NCBI GenBank assembly: GCA_040285745.1
Contig: JAUFOR010000003.1
Span: forward strand, 372,001 to 436,000
Length of the DNA: 64,000 bases
Reading direction: 5' to 3'
From: Barthelona sp. PCE
Taxonomy: Eukaryota
Position 1 is the stretch's first letter, and every line of letters begins with the position of its first letter. Positions 8,619 through 19,886 of this stretch are shown piece by piece. Both the position numbers and the translations under genes were made by a program. The notes beneath the pieces are model-generated. The model was not told where the DNA came from, did no database searches, and worked only from the letters and a program-made list of their open reading frames with translations.

Positions 8619-9800
8619 ATGCAAAAGGTTCACATTGTAGCAGCACGAAGATCAGCGTTGGGTAACTTTTTGGGGTCTCTTTCATCACTGTCCGCAGTCG
8701 AATTGGGCTCATTGGTCATTGATGCATGTATCAAGGATTCTAATCTGAACGTTGAAGATGTGGATGAAGTACTCTTCGGGAACGTCTACTCAACAGGTTT
8801 AGGACAGAATCCTGCTCGTCAAATGGCTTTAGGAGCAAATATTCCCAATACAGTTCCTTGTACCACACTCAACAAGGTATGTTCCAGTGGAATGAAAAGC
8901 GTTATGCTTGGTGCGACCATGATCATGGCATGTCAGGCGGATGTGATTGTTGCTGGTGGATCAGAGAGTATGTCGAATGTACCTCACATGGTATCCGTTC
9001 GTGGTGGCTTAAAATATGGAGACGGGAATATGGTTGATTGCTTGGCTCGCGACGGCCTTAATGACGCATATAGCAAGGATGCTATGGGAGTTTATGGTGA
9101 GCTATGTGCAAACGAACATGAAATTACACGAGAAATGCAAGACGAATTCACAATAAGAACTTATGAGAGGGCAAAAGAGGCTCAGGACAGTGGTAAGTTT
9201 GTGAACGAGATTGTTCCGATCACTGTTAAGGCTAGAAGGACAACAAATATTGTCGACTGTGATGAAGAGCCAACTAAATTCCGTCCTTCTAAGATTCCAA
9301 CACTCAGACCAGTGTTTGATGTCAATGGAACAGTCACGGCTGCGAATGCGAGCTCAATCAGTGATGGTGCTGCATGTATTGTGCTGGTGAGTGAAAGATA
9401 TTTGCGCACACATAATTTGAAGAGTCTCGGTGTTGTAGACACGTTTGCAGACAGCGCAACAGACCCTGCGCACTTTACCATCGCCCCTTCACTCGTTATT
9501 GATAAGATTTTGAAGAGAAAGAGTATGGAAACGGATGATGTTGATCTTTTTGAGATTAATGAGGCTTTTTCTGTTGTTGCTCTTGCTAACATGAAAAAGT
9601 TGAACCTTGATGTCTCAAGAGTTAATGTTAATGGAGGTGCAGTTGCACTTGGACATCCACTTGGATGTTCAGGAGCTCGTATTTTAGTAACTCTTATACA
9701 TGCAATGCACGACAGAAGAAAAGAAATAGGTGTTGCAGCTGTGTGTAATGGCGGCGGCGGAGCTAGCGGTATGATGATTAAGATCGAAAGAGAAGAATAA
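8619..9800 (+). CDS. ACAT: Acetyl-CoA C-acetyltransferase (thiolase II, ERG10/ACAT type), no obvious targeting peptide
   Basis: 'NKVCSSGMKS' (catalytic Cys), 'EINEAF', 'GGAVALGHPLGCSGAR' and 'CNGGGG'. Confidence 0.95.
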   Translation: MQKVHIVAARRSALGNFLGSLSSLSAVELGSLVIDACIKDSNLNVEDVDEVLFGNVYSTGLGQNPARQMALGANIPNTVPCTTLNKVCSSGMKSVMLGATMIMACQADVIVAGGSESMSNVPHMVSVRGGLKYGDGNMVDCLARDGLNDAYSKDAMGVYGELCANEHEITREMQDEFTIRTYERAKEAQDSGKFVNEIVPITVKARRTTNIVDCDEEPTKFRPSKIPTLRPVFDVNGTVTAANASSISDGAACIVLVSERYLRTHNLKSLGVVDTFADSATDPAHFTIAPSLVIDKILKRKSMETDDVDLFEINEAFSVVALANMKKLNLDVSRVNVNGGAVALGHPLGCSGARILVTLIHAMHDRRKEIGVAAVCNGGGGASGMMIKIEREE

Positions 9801-10081
9801 ATAGTGTAGTGAATTTTGGTGAATTGTGCAGTTGAGTGAATATCACAAATGGATTTAGTTAATTTTATGGATTAAAAGTCCATTTTAGAACTCGAAACAA
9901 TAGGTAGAGGTGATAAATGAAAGGTACAAAATTACTCAATATTTCAGTATGAAACACGATAATAAAGTGAGAACTCGGGTTTAAACAGAGTAAATTAAAC
10001 ATGTAGCCCAGCCCGTTCACTAATTTGTGTTACAAAGAAAAAATTGCCTCACTGCCCATTTTATCTCCCATTTCAACACAA

Positions 10082-11647
10082 ATGACGGTAACAAAGAAGC
10101 CGTTCAACCTTCACAAGGCCAGTGTGATTGTCAAACTGGGCATGCTGTCTCTTGTTCTCATTATTTTTGCAATTTTTGCAACAACCGCAAACCCGGCACC
10201 TACAAATGATGCAGTGGAGACTGCATCGAAAATACCGAAGATTATTCTTTCCATTCTTGGTATTATCTACTGTTTCATTGCAATTTCTATTGTATGTGAT
10301 GGATATTTCGTTGCTGCAGCAGAAACATGCGTTGAGGTACTCAAAATTCCACCATCAGTTGGTGGAGCAACAATTACAGCCATTGGATCCAGTGCTCCAG
10401 AATTATTTACCTCAATTGCGGCATTAATTCAAGGTTCAGATAGTGGTGACAGTGATCTTGGTCTTGCCACCATTGTTGGTTCCGCTATGGTGAATTTATT
10501 AGTAATTATCGGTCTATCATCAATTTTTGCAGGAAAAGTATTAAACCTTGATTACAGACCTTTGCTTCGTGATTCTTTTTTCTATGTACTGTCTATCATT
10601 ATATTGGGCGTCGCTTTACATGATGGTCGTATTGTTTTATGGGAAGCTGTTGGTTTCGTTCTCATTTATGTTAGTTATGTTGTGTTTATGACTCAAAATG
10701 ATAAGATTCTGAACAGATTGCCTGAGCCAAAGCATTTGTCGGATGAGAACTTCCAGAAGAACTTGTCTGCTGTTGATGATGGTAAGACTACCTCTTTACT
10801 TGATGATTATCAAGAAGATGCAAGTTTAACAGAAGAGGGTGAAGGAAATAAGCGTAAATCTATGGATTTTGCTGACGTTGTTCGCTCCAACTATCACAAA
10901 CAGAAATTAAAGGTTGCTGAAACACCTCGTGAACGAGTTAAACATGCTCTTATGGCTGCATATTTCCTCAGTGGCCACACATTTAAGGAAGCAGATAATG
11001 ATATCACAGACGAACACGTTGACGGAGAATCTCAGGATGAAGAAATTGCTCCTTGGTTCAAACCTCCTCCAGGTGGTCTTGCCAAAATTCATTGGTTTAT
11101 ATGTCTTCCAATTAGTTGCGCTTTTGCTTTTACCATTCCTGACTGTCGTAAGAAGCACCTTGAGAAGTGGTGGATGGTGACATTCACTATGTCCATTGCT
11201 TGGGTCGGTTTCATTTCTTATTGTATGGTTGAACTTACATATGGTTTTGGTGCTTTGCTACAGATTGATCCAGTTTATCTGGGTATTCCACTTGCCATCG
11301 GTACTAGTATCCCAGATACACTGTCTAGTGTTCTTATTGCACGCAGTGGTCGTGATGGAGCTGCTAATATGGCAGTATCAAACGGAATGGGTTCTAACGT
11401 CTTTAACATTCTTGTGGGTTGTGGTGCACCTTGGTTGGTTACAATCATTGTCTCTGGTAAGTATGTAGATGTTGATTCCAACGAACTGATTTTTGCAGTC
11501 ATTGTATTAATGACTGTTATGATTTTGATTCTTTTTATTTTCCTTTTGAACGGTTTCCGCCTGACTCCAAAGATTGGTACACTTTTTGTTATTATGTACA
11601 TTTTATATCTGTGTTATCAATTGGGTAACATGTTTGGTTTCTGGTAG
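10082..11647 (+). CDS. SLC24: K+-dependent Na+/Ca2+ exchanger (NCKX, CaCA superfamily)
   Basis: Alpha-1 repeat 'GATITAIGSSAPELFTS...IVGSAMVN' and alpha-2 repeat 'AIGTSIPD...AVSNGMGSNVFNI'. 'FTIPDCRKK' is typical of NCKX. Confidence 0.9.
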   Translation: MTVTKKPFNLHKASVIVKLGMLSLVLIIFAIFATTANPAPTNDAVETASKIPKIILSILGIIYCFIAISIVCDGYFVAAAETCVEVLKIPPSVGGATITAIGSSAPELFTSIAALIQGSDSGDSDLGLATIVGSAMVNLLVIIGLSSIFAGKVLNLDYRPLLRDSFFYVLSIIILGVALHDGRIVLWEAVGFVLIYVSYVVFMTQNDKILNRLPEPKHLSDENFQKNLSAVDDGKTTSLLDDYQEDASLTEEGEGNKRKSMDFADVVRSNYHKQKLKVAETPRERVKHALMAAYFLSGHTFKEADNDITDEHVDGESQDEEIAPWFKPPPGGLAKIHWFICLPISCAFAFTIPDCRKKHLEKWWMVTFTMSIAWVGFISYCMVELTYGFGALLQIDPVYLGIPLAIGTSIPDTLSSVLIARSGRDGAANMAVSNGMGSNVFNILVGCGAPWLVTIIVSGKYVDVDSNELIFAVIVLMTVMILILFIFLLNGFRLTPKIGTLFVIMYILYLCYQLGNMFGFW

Positions 11648-11677
11648 TAAACAATAATCTTTTTTTTATGTTTTACA

Positions 11678-14600
11678 TTACACAATGATACCATATTTTA
11701 GATCGTTCTTAATTGCATAACTACCTTCATTGTGACTAATTATACATGTTTGAATTTTATGTAATCCTTTTTTGAAGGTAGATTTGACTGCGTTAGTAAA
11801 ATTCTGAAGTGCAATTTCTCCAATACTATTCTCGCTCAAATTTAAAGTTTGTAGTCTGGGGAATGCACCACGTAGTAATGCACTTGTTAAAATATTGCAC
11901 CCTTCATCACCCAGTTCACATCTAGCAAGTCTAAAATCTGTTATGTATTTGGTGCTTTCCATTCCAGTAAGCAAATTAAGCTCAAGTGGATCGAGTATGT
12001 GGTTGGATAGATCAATTGTGCTTACAGGTCGTACGTTACATGTGAGAAGTAACTCCGACACACGTGAGTGCGTTGATGATGCAAATTTGCTAATAAGTAT
12101 GGGGATTAAATTCATTTGTACCTCATCAACAGGGTGTTGGAACCATTGAAGAGATGGTTTGATAGTAAGTTCACTGACCACAATGTTGAAAATATCTTCC
12201 GTCATATAGTTGCCTTCAAAGTTGATATTTTGAATTGTATGTGGGACAGCACCCAGTAACTCCGCACACATCTTATCAGTGACGCAACAGTGCTTCATGG
12301 ATAGGGAATATAAATTATTACATGTTCCAAGATAGTGAAGAACTTCTTTCCACACAGAGGTAAGATCTACGTTGCAAATTGTTATGCGCTGAATGTCTGA
12401 GCTGATCAGCTGTAATACACGTACTACAAACGCAATGATAGTTCGATCCTCCATATTAAGGTTGACAATCTCTATTCCAGTGTTTATATGCGATACGCTG
12501 CCGAGTACAGCAAGGTACCATGCATGATTTATGTCGATGGTGTGATGTTCAGAACCATCAATGCGCCACAAACCTCCTTTTTCAAACTGAGATCGAAGTA
12601 AAGAGTATGAATCCCCTTCACCAACAACGCTGAAGAGTGTTCCCTTAAATTCTGGAGCATAGAACCCCTCAACTCCTCTTTTATGTGGAGAAACAAAGTT
12701 ATAACTCAACCTTGTCATTATATGTGCCATTTCAGGATCTTTCACAAGATCAACAACAGCATCACTAAGAGAATTTCTTGCAACATGTAATTCCTGCAGG
12801 GATGGAGGTGCATTCGTGAAGATACGCTCGAATACGCTGTCAGATATAATATTATCATCCAGAACAAGAGTGTCAATTACGGATTCATTAAAAAGCTTCA
12901 AACCAACATCGCTAAATCTACCTGCACCGCATTTTGTGAGTGCTAATCTCTTCAGGAAGTTCATATTCCTGGAGAATAACAATGTTATATCATGTACAGA
13001 AGCAATACGAATATGGACTTCTTCTACAGTTGCACAAATATACTGCAGTGCTTTGAGAGACTTTCGTGTGAGTGAGCTCCCGAACACATGTACTGCGCTA
13101 GGAGTTTCACCTCTTGCTATACGTGTCTTCAGTACCTCAACAAATGAGCAAAACGCCATGTCATTAATACCATCAAGTCGAACTATGTCTTCAAGTGGCC
13201 TGTCAATCATATCTGTGATGTTATGGAGAGGATGCATGATTCTAAATAAGTCAGGGATCTCTTTGTTGGGTATATTGTTGATATTGAACAAACCATGATC
13301 CATACTGAGACATTCTGTGAGAATGGGTGTCTCACAATATACATGCGTTAAGTGAGGAGCAGCATTAAGCAGATCAGAAAGCTCTCCCTGATCAGGTGCG
13401 TATCTTTCCAACCAAATAACACTGAGAGATTCATGCTTAAACAAGTCAAGCATCACACGATGATCGATTGCTGGTGAAATCCGATATGGAATATCACATC
13501 CAATGATGTATATGCGTTCCAAGCGCTTGAGTTTCATAACAGACTCGATAAATTCGTTCAATCCACACTTGAATGATTGGCTGACTAAAACTAATACTTC
13601 AAGTGTTTCTGGGAGCACACGTCCAAGTATATCCATGTCTTCGATGTTGTTATGTACAAGCACAAGACGTCGAATGCATTTATCTTCAAAAGCTTCATTG
13701 AAGAGCATAAGATCAGTGGATTTCAAATCATCACCCATGTAAACAACTTCACTGCTCCCCTTTTGAATTGATCTTGCAGTTTTGGTCAGTGGACTGTCGG
13801 GATTTTGTACAAGAAAGCGTGCCAAATGAGATTTTGGAGCAAAATGTGCATCACTAATAGTCTTTTTGGGAACTTTTTTCTTTAGGGTAAAGTCAGATTT
13901 TGATAACATATATCCTCCTAGTTTTGAAAGTAAACGAACACCAGTCTCAGAAAATCGATTTGCATAGAGCGCAAGCTCCTCAATGGGAAACTTCATCAAG
14001 AAACACGATAGTTGATATGCAGAAACATCCGTGAGCCCGTTACGGTTAAGCATTACTCTCTCCAGCTTTGAGTCTAACTTACGCAGTCGCTGCAGGAATG
14101 TTGGGAAAAGTCGGTCTGTAAGCATAGGTACTGTCCAATTCAGATGGGTAGTTGCGTTCAGTTGTTTGGGTAAAGGGGGATAATGCATATCAAGACAAGG
14201 GAACTCCATACGGATACTGAAAAGATACTTAAGAACATGGGTGTAAATAGAAGAAGACAGTCGATTGTTAGAAACATCAACGTAAAAAATTCTTCTTGAT
14301 TCAATATTTTGAGTTTTTTTCATCCAATTAACAAACTTCTTTCCTGCTGCATCTCTGACATAGTTACCGTGGAGATCTAAATAGAGTAAACTATTAAAAT
14401 CATTATGGAGTGCTGGAACGAGAGTTCTTCCAACTATTCTATTGTTTTCAAGACAAAGATAACGCAGCGTTTTTAATTGGGCAAGGTGAACAAGACCATG
14501 ATCTGTGATACTATTGTTCGGCAATGAGATCTCCTGAATACGATCAACACCGAAAATGCTGTCAACAAGAATATGCACGTGTTCATCTCCGATACCACAT

Positions 14601-15331
14601 TCGTTGAAAACAAGCGCAGTGATAGATAAGTTGTTTGCAACGCCAGCACATAGGGCAGGCATCACTGATAGTGGAATATGGCAGTTAATAGATAGTACTG
14701 GGATATCTTCATGACTTGCGATCCTTTGCAGCAAAACTGATAGAGGTGAGCTTGGGTTGTCTACAATGAAATTTCTAATAACTACGTAGTCCATCTGTGG
14801 AAGTTCAAAAACAACTTCTTCTTCAGATACATTCTCATCCTGTTCGATCACTTCCTTTTCCTCATCAATAATGGTATCATCATCTTGTTCCGATACTACA
14901 TCATCTTCTAAAGGAGCAATATCATCAATTGGAGATGTGGTGATAATATCTGGTGTGTTAGCAGATTTTATGGTATGCTCAGTAATAACAATGTCTGATT
15001 CGGGAACTATTGTATCACTCTCCAAATCTGAAGAAGATACAACGTTTTCAGAAACGAGATCTGTGTGTGCGAACTCGTCAACTGGCTCTGTTATGGGTTC
15101 TTGAATGATTTCATCCACGATTTCTGTATTAGCATCTTCCACAACATCAATATCAGTAGAAAGAGTTGGTTCAAAGCTTAACTCATTGTTTTCCGGCTCA
15201 TTTACGGGTGCTTCGTTCTGTGATTGCGCTCTAGCCCTCATTGAAAGTAAGGGATTCGTTAAAGAAACTTCACTTGTTGAGATCGGCCCCATATCATCGT
15301 CTGACGACAAGACATCAAGAATACTTGTCAT
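11678..15331 (-). CDS. Large RNI-like leucine-rich repeat protein with acidic disordered N-terminus
   Basis: Several LRR blocks ('LCLENNRI', 'LDLHGNYV', 'VMLNRNGLTD', 'LNLSENSIGE') in a 1217-aa ORF. Confidence 0.8.
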   Translation of the reverse strand: MTSILDVLSSDDDMGPISTSEVSLTNPLLSMRARAQSQNEAPVNEPENNELSFEPTLSTDIDVVEDANTEIVDEIIQEPITEPVDEFAHTDLVSENVVSSSDLESDTIVPESDIVITEHTIKSANTPDIITTSPIDDIAPLEDDVVSEQDDDTIIDEEKEVIEQDENVSEEEVVFELPQMDYVVIRNFIVDNPSSPLSVLLQRIASHEDIPVLSINCHIPLSVMPALCAGVANNLSITALVFNECGIGDEHVHILVDSIFGVDRIQEISLPNNSITDHGLVHLAQLKTLRYLCLENNRIVGRTLVPALHNDFNSLLYLDLHGNYVRDAAGKKFVNWMKKTQNIESRRIFYVDVSNNRLSSSIYTHVLKYLFSIRMEFPCLDMHYPPLPKQLNATTHLNWTVPMLTDRLFPTFLQRLRKLDSKLERVMLNRNGLTDVSAYQLSCFLMKFPIEELALYANRFSETGVRLLSKLGGYMLSKSDFTLKKKVPKKTISDAHFAPKSHLARFLVQNPDSPLTKTARSIQKGSSEVVYMGDDLKSTDLMLFNEAFEDKCIRRLVLVHNNIEDMDILGRVLPETLEVLVLVSQSFKCGLNEFIESVMKLKRLERIYIIGCDIPYRISPAIDHRVMLDLFKHESLSVIWLERYAPDQGELSDLLNAAPHLTHVYCETPILTECLSMDHGLFNINNIPNKEIPDLFRIMHPLHNITDMIDRPLEDIVRLDGINDMAFCSFVEVLKTRIARGETPSAVHVFGSSLTRKSLKALQYICATVEEVHIRIASVHDITLLFSRNMNFLKRLALTKCGAGRFSDVGLKLFNESVIDTLVLDDNIISDSVFERIFTNAPPSLQELHVARNSLSDAVVDLVKDPEMAHIMTRLSYNFVSPHKRGVEGFYAPEFKGTLFSVVGEGDSYSLLRSQFEKGGLWRIDGSEHHTIDINHAWYLAVLGSVSHINTGIEIVNLNMEDRTIIAFVVRVLQLISSDIQRITICNVDLTSVWKEVLHYLGTCNNLYSLSMKHCCVTDKMCAELLGAVPHTIQNINFEGNYMTEDIFNIVVSELTIKPSLQWFQHPVDEVQMNLIPILISKFASSTHSRVSELLLTCNVRPVSTIDLSNHILDPLELNLLTGMESTKYITDFRLARCELGDEGCNILTSALLRGAFPRLQTLNLSENSIGEIALQNFTNAVKSTFKKGLHKIQTCIISHNEGSYAIKNDLKYGIIV

Positions 15332-15396
15332 GATATGAATAGAATGGGATTAAAAAAGGAAACAAGTTCAAAACTTGCAGATACTCAATTTACAAT

Positions 15397-16155
15397 TTAA
15401 AAGGTAGGAACCCACTGTACTTGGGGAAGAGGCTTAGCTCTAGGACTCTTAGGACGCTTGAAAGGATCTTTTTCTTCATCTTCATCCTCACTCTCGTAAT
15501 CATCCTCTTCTTCTTCATCTTCGTCCTCATCTTCGTTTTTAATAACGATGTATGTACCCTTTTGGACGCAACCGTTAGGGAAAATGAAAGCTCCATCACC
15601 CTTTGGCTCAATAGCAAGACCGCTCATCATGAATGCACCTTCATAGATGACACCAGAGGGGAAGATACGCTTGCCCTTGACAAATTTACCCTCAACCCAT
15701 TCACCTTCGAGGATCTCACCAGTGAGTTTGAATGTGTATTTGCCAAAACCTTGGCGTTTGTCTTCATGCCATTCACCATCGTAAACGTCACCGGAAGCGT
15801 ATGTGTAAACACCAACACCATGCTTGTTGTTGTCCTTCCATTCTCCAACAAATTTGGAACCATCTGGGCAAGTTAATTCACCTTGGCCATTGCGCAGATT
15901 GTTCTCGTAATTGCCTTTGTACACGGCACCATTTGACCATTTGTAAAAACCTTGGCCGTGGCGTTTGCCAGCTGAGTAAGCTCCCTCAAAGATTGCTCCA
16001 GAAGGAAACTCATTGCGGCCTTGACCGTGTCTGCGACCTAATTCATCACGTTCACCCGTGAATGTCTAAATATTAGCTTCTACATTAAGAAAAAAAAATA
16101 TCTTGAAACATACTCCAATAGAAGGAATTTCGGCGTCTGATTCGTAATCGCTCAT
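15397..16155 (-). CDS. RSPH1: Radial spoke head 1 homologue (MORN repeats), two exons 16155-16114 and 16065-15397
   Basis: Spliced N-terminus MSDYESDAEIPSIG|TFTGERDELGRRHGQGRNEFPSGAIFEG..., followed by MORN repeats (YxGxWxxxKxHGxG) and an acidic tail. The splice keeps the frame of ORF 15397..15924. Confidence 0.85.
16066..16113 (-). other. 48-nt spliceosomal intron in RSPH1
   Basis: GTATGT...GCTAATATTTAG, phase 0. It contains in-frame stops, so it must be removed. Confidence 0.85.
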
Positions 16156-16400
16156 GATACTAACTGTTTAAGAAGAAATAAAATACAAGGAAAAGCGGAG
16201 AAAGAGCTGTAACAGTCATGTAGTTTTTTAAAGTTGTTCTTTCATTTTACACCTATTTTAATTCATGAACTGAGTCAATGCAGATGTAGAGGTGCTAAAT
16301 TGTATTCCCATATGTCGTTGACACACATGTACACGGTTTTTTTTGAGTGACCCTGAATTACTTTTCATTTCCGTTTTTCATCCTTTTACACTGCTTAAAT

Positions 16401-17273
16401 ATGAAGAAAGATTCTTTTGGCCCCACGGAACACCACCATTCTCACAGTTCTCACGTTTGTGTACGCATAAAGATGAAATCTATGCCAGCTCCTTACATTC
16501 CTTGCCCTTTGCCCATCAAAAAGCAGCGTGTATCTGGCGAGGTTCCCGTAGAGGAGCATCCGATCCACAAACCTGAGCGTCCAGTTCCTCGAGTTTCTGC
16601 CACTCATTCTCCAACAACCGTTGAGAACACAATTTATGCTTTATGTAGTGTTGTGGGCCAGGTGGTACGTGAGAATGAGACACATATGCTCTCAGGACAT
16701 CGTTGTTCAGGAAAACCAGAATTCGAAAGGTTTCTTAAAGCTTTTCATTCAGCATCTCTGAACACATCAGTGGTTCAGAAGAGCAGCTTTTCGACACAAA
16801 AGGTGTTTAAGTTCGTCAAGAACTTTTTGTATCGTACCCGTTTCAAGGTTGAAGGTGCTGTCGCTTTACTCATTTATTTGGATCGAATCATCAGCGATAC
16901 AAGCCTTGTGCTCACACGTGGAAACTGGAAACTAGTAATTTTCATGCTACTGGTCCTTAGTCAGAAGATGCATGATGATTACTGTTACGACAACGCAGAA
17001 TACGTTAAATTATACCCTCAGATGTCTGTAGATCTGATGAATAAGTATGAACGCCTGTTGCTTCGAGTTTTACACTACAATTTGAGCCTACCTGCCTTTT
17101 TATACAACAAGTACTTTTTGCATTTGCAGAATCTGTATAAGAACGAACTTCGTCTTAATTTACCACTGACTCCATCTACTAAGCGTAAGACATTATCATA
17201 CAGTCGTCTAAACATAAAGGACAGAGCAATTGCCAGAGTACGTGGTCGTATAAGTAACGCAAGACATTCTTAG
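16401..17273 (+). CDS. Cyclin Y / PHO80-like cyclin
   Basis: 'ALLIYLDRI...NWKLVIFMLLVLSQKMHDD...N...MNKYERLLLRVLHYNL...YNKYF' matches the cyclin-Y box. Confidence 0.85.
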   Translation: MKKDSFGPTEHHHSHSSHVCVRIKMKSMPAPYIPCPLPIKKQRVSGEVPVEEHPIHKPERPVPRVSATHSPTTVENTIYALCSVVGQVVRENETHMLSGHRCSGKPEFERFLKAFHSASLNTSVVQKSSFSTQKVFKFVKNFLYRTRFKVEGAVALLIYLDRIISDTSLVLTRGNWKLVIFMLLVLSQKMHDDYCYDNAEYVKLYPQMSVDLMNKYERLLLRVLHYNLSLPAFLYNKYFLHLQNLYKNELRLNLPLTPSTKRKTLSYSRLNIKDRAIARVRGRISNARHS

Positions 17274-17318
17274 ACTCTAGGTTTTATTTATGATCTACAA
17301 AACATTCAATAAAGAAGC

Positions 17319-18843
17319 TTAGGCACTTCTCCTTTCACGTTCAATTTGTTCAACAGCTGTGTAAATGTTGCTAACAGCCATCAAAATACCTGTACCAGAA
17401 CCAATGGCACCAAGCAGATCGGCAGAAATGGAAAGAAGACCAATGATGATACCACCAAAGGAAGCGGCAATAGGAATATAACGGTTGAGCTCCTTCTCCA
17501 TAGAGTTGTCGTGTCCCTTAATGACGTAACCTTCTCTCTTTAAGTTGTTGGCAACTTCCTTAGCGTTGTTACCAGAGACATCAAGCCAGGTGTGAGAGAA
17601 GAAACCGCAAGTACCGAGAATAAGTGCAAGGTAAATGACAAAGTGAACAGGGTTACGGACAGCACCAGCAAGAGAAGTGGGGGCAGTGAAGTAGTAAGCA
17701 AGACCACCAGTGGGGAACTTACGTTGACCATCAGACTCCCAACGACCGAGCATGCGAATAATAATGTTACCACCGAAGCGACCGTACATCATTTGAGAAA
17801 TGAAGAAGAGGTTAGAGACAAGAGCCTGCTGAAGCATAACAGGCATGGTACCAGTGTAGAACAGACGGATGGGGTAAGGCTGAGAAGCACCCTTAACGTG
17901 ACGAGGCTTAATGTTGTACTCGACTCTCCAGCACTGTAACCATACAACAACGAGGAAGATGAGGAGAGTAGCAATGAGGTTGGAAAGGTTAGGAAGGTGA
18001 GAACGATAGAAGGCGAGTTTAAGAGCTTCGAGCTTGTTAGACTTGGAGAACAAGTAGTGGAAGAAAGCAATAATGGCACCTTCGAATTCAGTTCCCTTAC
18101 CTTCGTAGTTAGTAGTGGCAGGGCTGAAAGCCTTCCAGACAATCTGCTCACAGATGTTAGTGGCAATGAAAACGGAGACACCATCACCAAGACCGTATCC
18201 CTTTGACATAATTTCATCGAGCATCAGAACTAGAATAGCGGCAGCGGTCAATTGAAGTACAATCAAAAAGCCGTTAAACCATCCCAGAATTGAAATATCA
18301 CCATACATACCGGAAGTAACGAAAACAATACCCTCAACAATAGTAATAATGATACCAACAAGTTTTTGGGCACCTTTATAAAGAGCACGAGAGTTAGGAT
18401 CGCTGTGATCAACCTTAAGGATCTTAGCGCCCGAAAGCAGTTGCATAACAAGGGAAGAAGTCATAATGGGAGACAAACCAAGTTCCAATAAAGAACCACG
18501 GCTGGAAGCCATCAGAATACGTTGGTGGTAGAAAGGATCGCTGCTCTTGTTGAGTTTGACACCGTAAAGAGGGATATGAGAGCACGTAAGATAAACTAAA
18601 AGACAAATAATAGTCCAAACAATCTTCTCGCGGTAGTGAGTCTAGGTGTTAGTGATCTTAATGGTACATAACTTGGGCGTGTTGTTAGCTAAAGTGTTTT
18701 ATCATGCTGAATCTTCGTAAAATACAAAAAGCTCAAAAGAAACACATCTCAAGTCCATAGTGTAAACAAACCTTCTTCTCAGGAGCCTCGACCTCCGGGA
18801 CGATGAACATAAACGGTTTTAACAAGTCTAAAATACCTGCCAT
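17319..18843 (-). CDS. SEC61A: Protein translocon Sec61 alpha subunit, two exons 18843-18772 and 18641-17319
   Basis: Spliced N-terminus MAGILDLLKPFMFIVPEVEAPEKK|THYREKIVWTIICL...IPLYG...DPFY...MASSRGSLLELG. C-terminal 'GAIGSGTGILMAV'. Confidence 0.95.
18642..18771 (-). other. 130-nt spliceosomal intron in SEC61A
   Basis: AAG|GTTTGT...CACTAACACCTAG, phase 0. Removing it restores the conserved Sec61a N-terminus. Confidence 0.85.
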
Positions 18844-19241
18844 GATCGAAAAAGGGTAAAAAAACAATAAGTAAAGATCCAGTTGTTTGGATCAATGTAG
18901 CTGGTTGAAAAAGAGGAGAAGCGTGTTGCTGAAGGCTTTGAAAATTTGTATTGAGTGTTGCTGATGTTAAGCAAAACCTTACTCTGTATTCATTTATTTT
19001 ATAGTTTATTAATACAATTAAAACACATGCCCCGTAGTTTTAAATATTTTTAATGTGCTTAATGTCAACAAATAGCTGCTGTATGTGTCAATTAAAAATT
19101 CAAGCCTCTGTATTGTAAATTAGGTCTTACCTCTAGCACACAGGACAAAATTACTAATTCATTGTTATTAATATTCTTCAAATGTCTTAAATCTGAAAAA
19201 CACTAAATGACCTGCTTTCAAAAAGTATTCCTCTTTCAAGA

Positions 19242-19886
19242 ATGATAGCACGTAAAAAATCACGTTTGTTGATTGCACTGTATTTATTGCATCGCAAACC
19301 GTCTCATATTTCGGTACAAACATTTGTTCAACAATTGAAAAATACAATCAACGATACTACTCCAAAAGAAACACTTCTACGATTGTTAATGCAAGAAAAA
19401 ACATCCGAGGAAGAGCCACTTATTAATATAAATTCACGAACAGATGTCATATCGCAGTTATCATCAAATATCACTAAGCAACTTCCTCTCCCACAACAGC
19501 AGTATATTTTAAACAATGAAGTGATTGATATGTGCATGGGAAAACGTCATACCATTCCAATACTTGATGCCTTCGAACAAAATAGTTCCATAACAACAAA
19601 AATATCGAAGGGTATCTGTTGGGATCCACAACAGCCCTTAAATATTCAGAAAATACTTTTTAAACGGACAAAACTCATGGAAAAGATGCTCAAAATGAAT
19701 ATAGAATGTGAAATTGAACATAAACAAAGTCCCGTAACTGCACACTTATTTAATAATAATTTCAAGCCCGAAACACTGTCAGAATGGTTAAAAAAGCGTC
19801 AAAAATATCCCGAAAATCAAACAATTCCCCCTATATTAAGAGAATTTTTACAAAAGCAGAAATCAGAAATGTTAAAGAAGCTTTGA
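19242..19886 (+). CDS. Hypothetical protein
   Basis: 214-aa ATG-initiated ORF filling the gap between Sec61a and the large membrane protein. No recognisable motif. Confidence 0.5.
   Translation: MIARKKSRLLIALYLLHRKPSHISVQTFVQQLKNTINDTTPKETLLRLLMQEKTSEEEPLININSRTDVISQLSSNITKQLPLPQQQYILNNEVIDMCMGKRHTIPILDAFEQNSSITTKISKGICWDPQQPLNIQKILFKRTKLMEKMLKMNIECEIEHKQSPVTAHLFNNNFKPETLSEWLKKRQKYPENQTIPPILREFLQKQKSEMLKKL

Noticed and set aside
18642-18771. Intron-encoded snoRNA in the relatively long SEC61A intron
   Set aside because: ATGATAA is only a weak box C, with no downstream CTGA or H/ACA hairpin pair visible.
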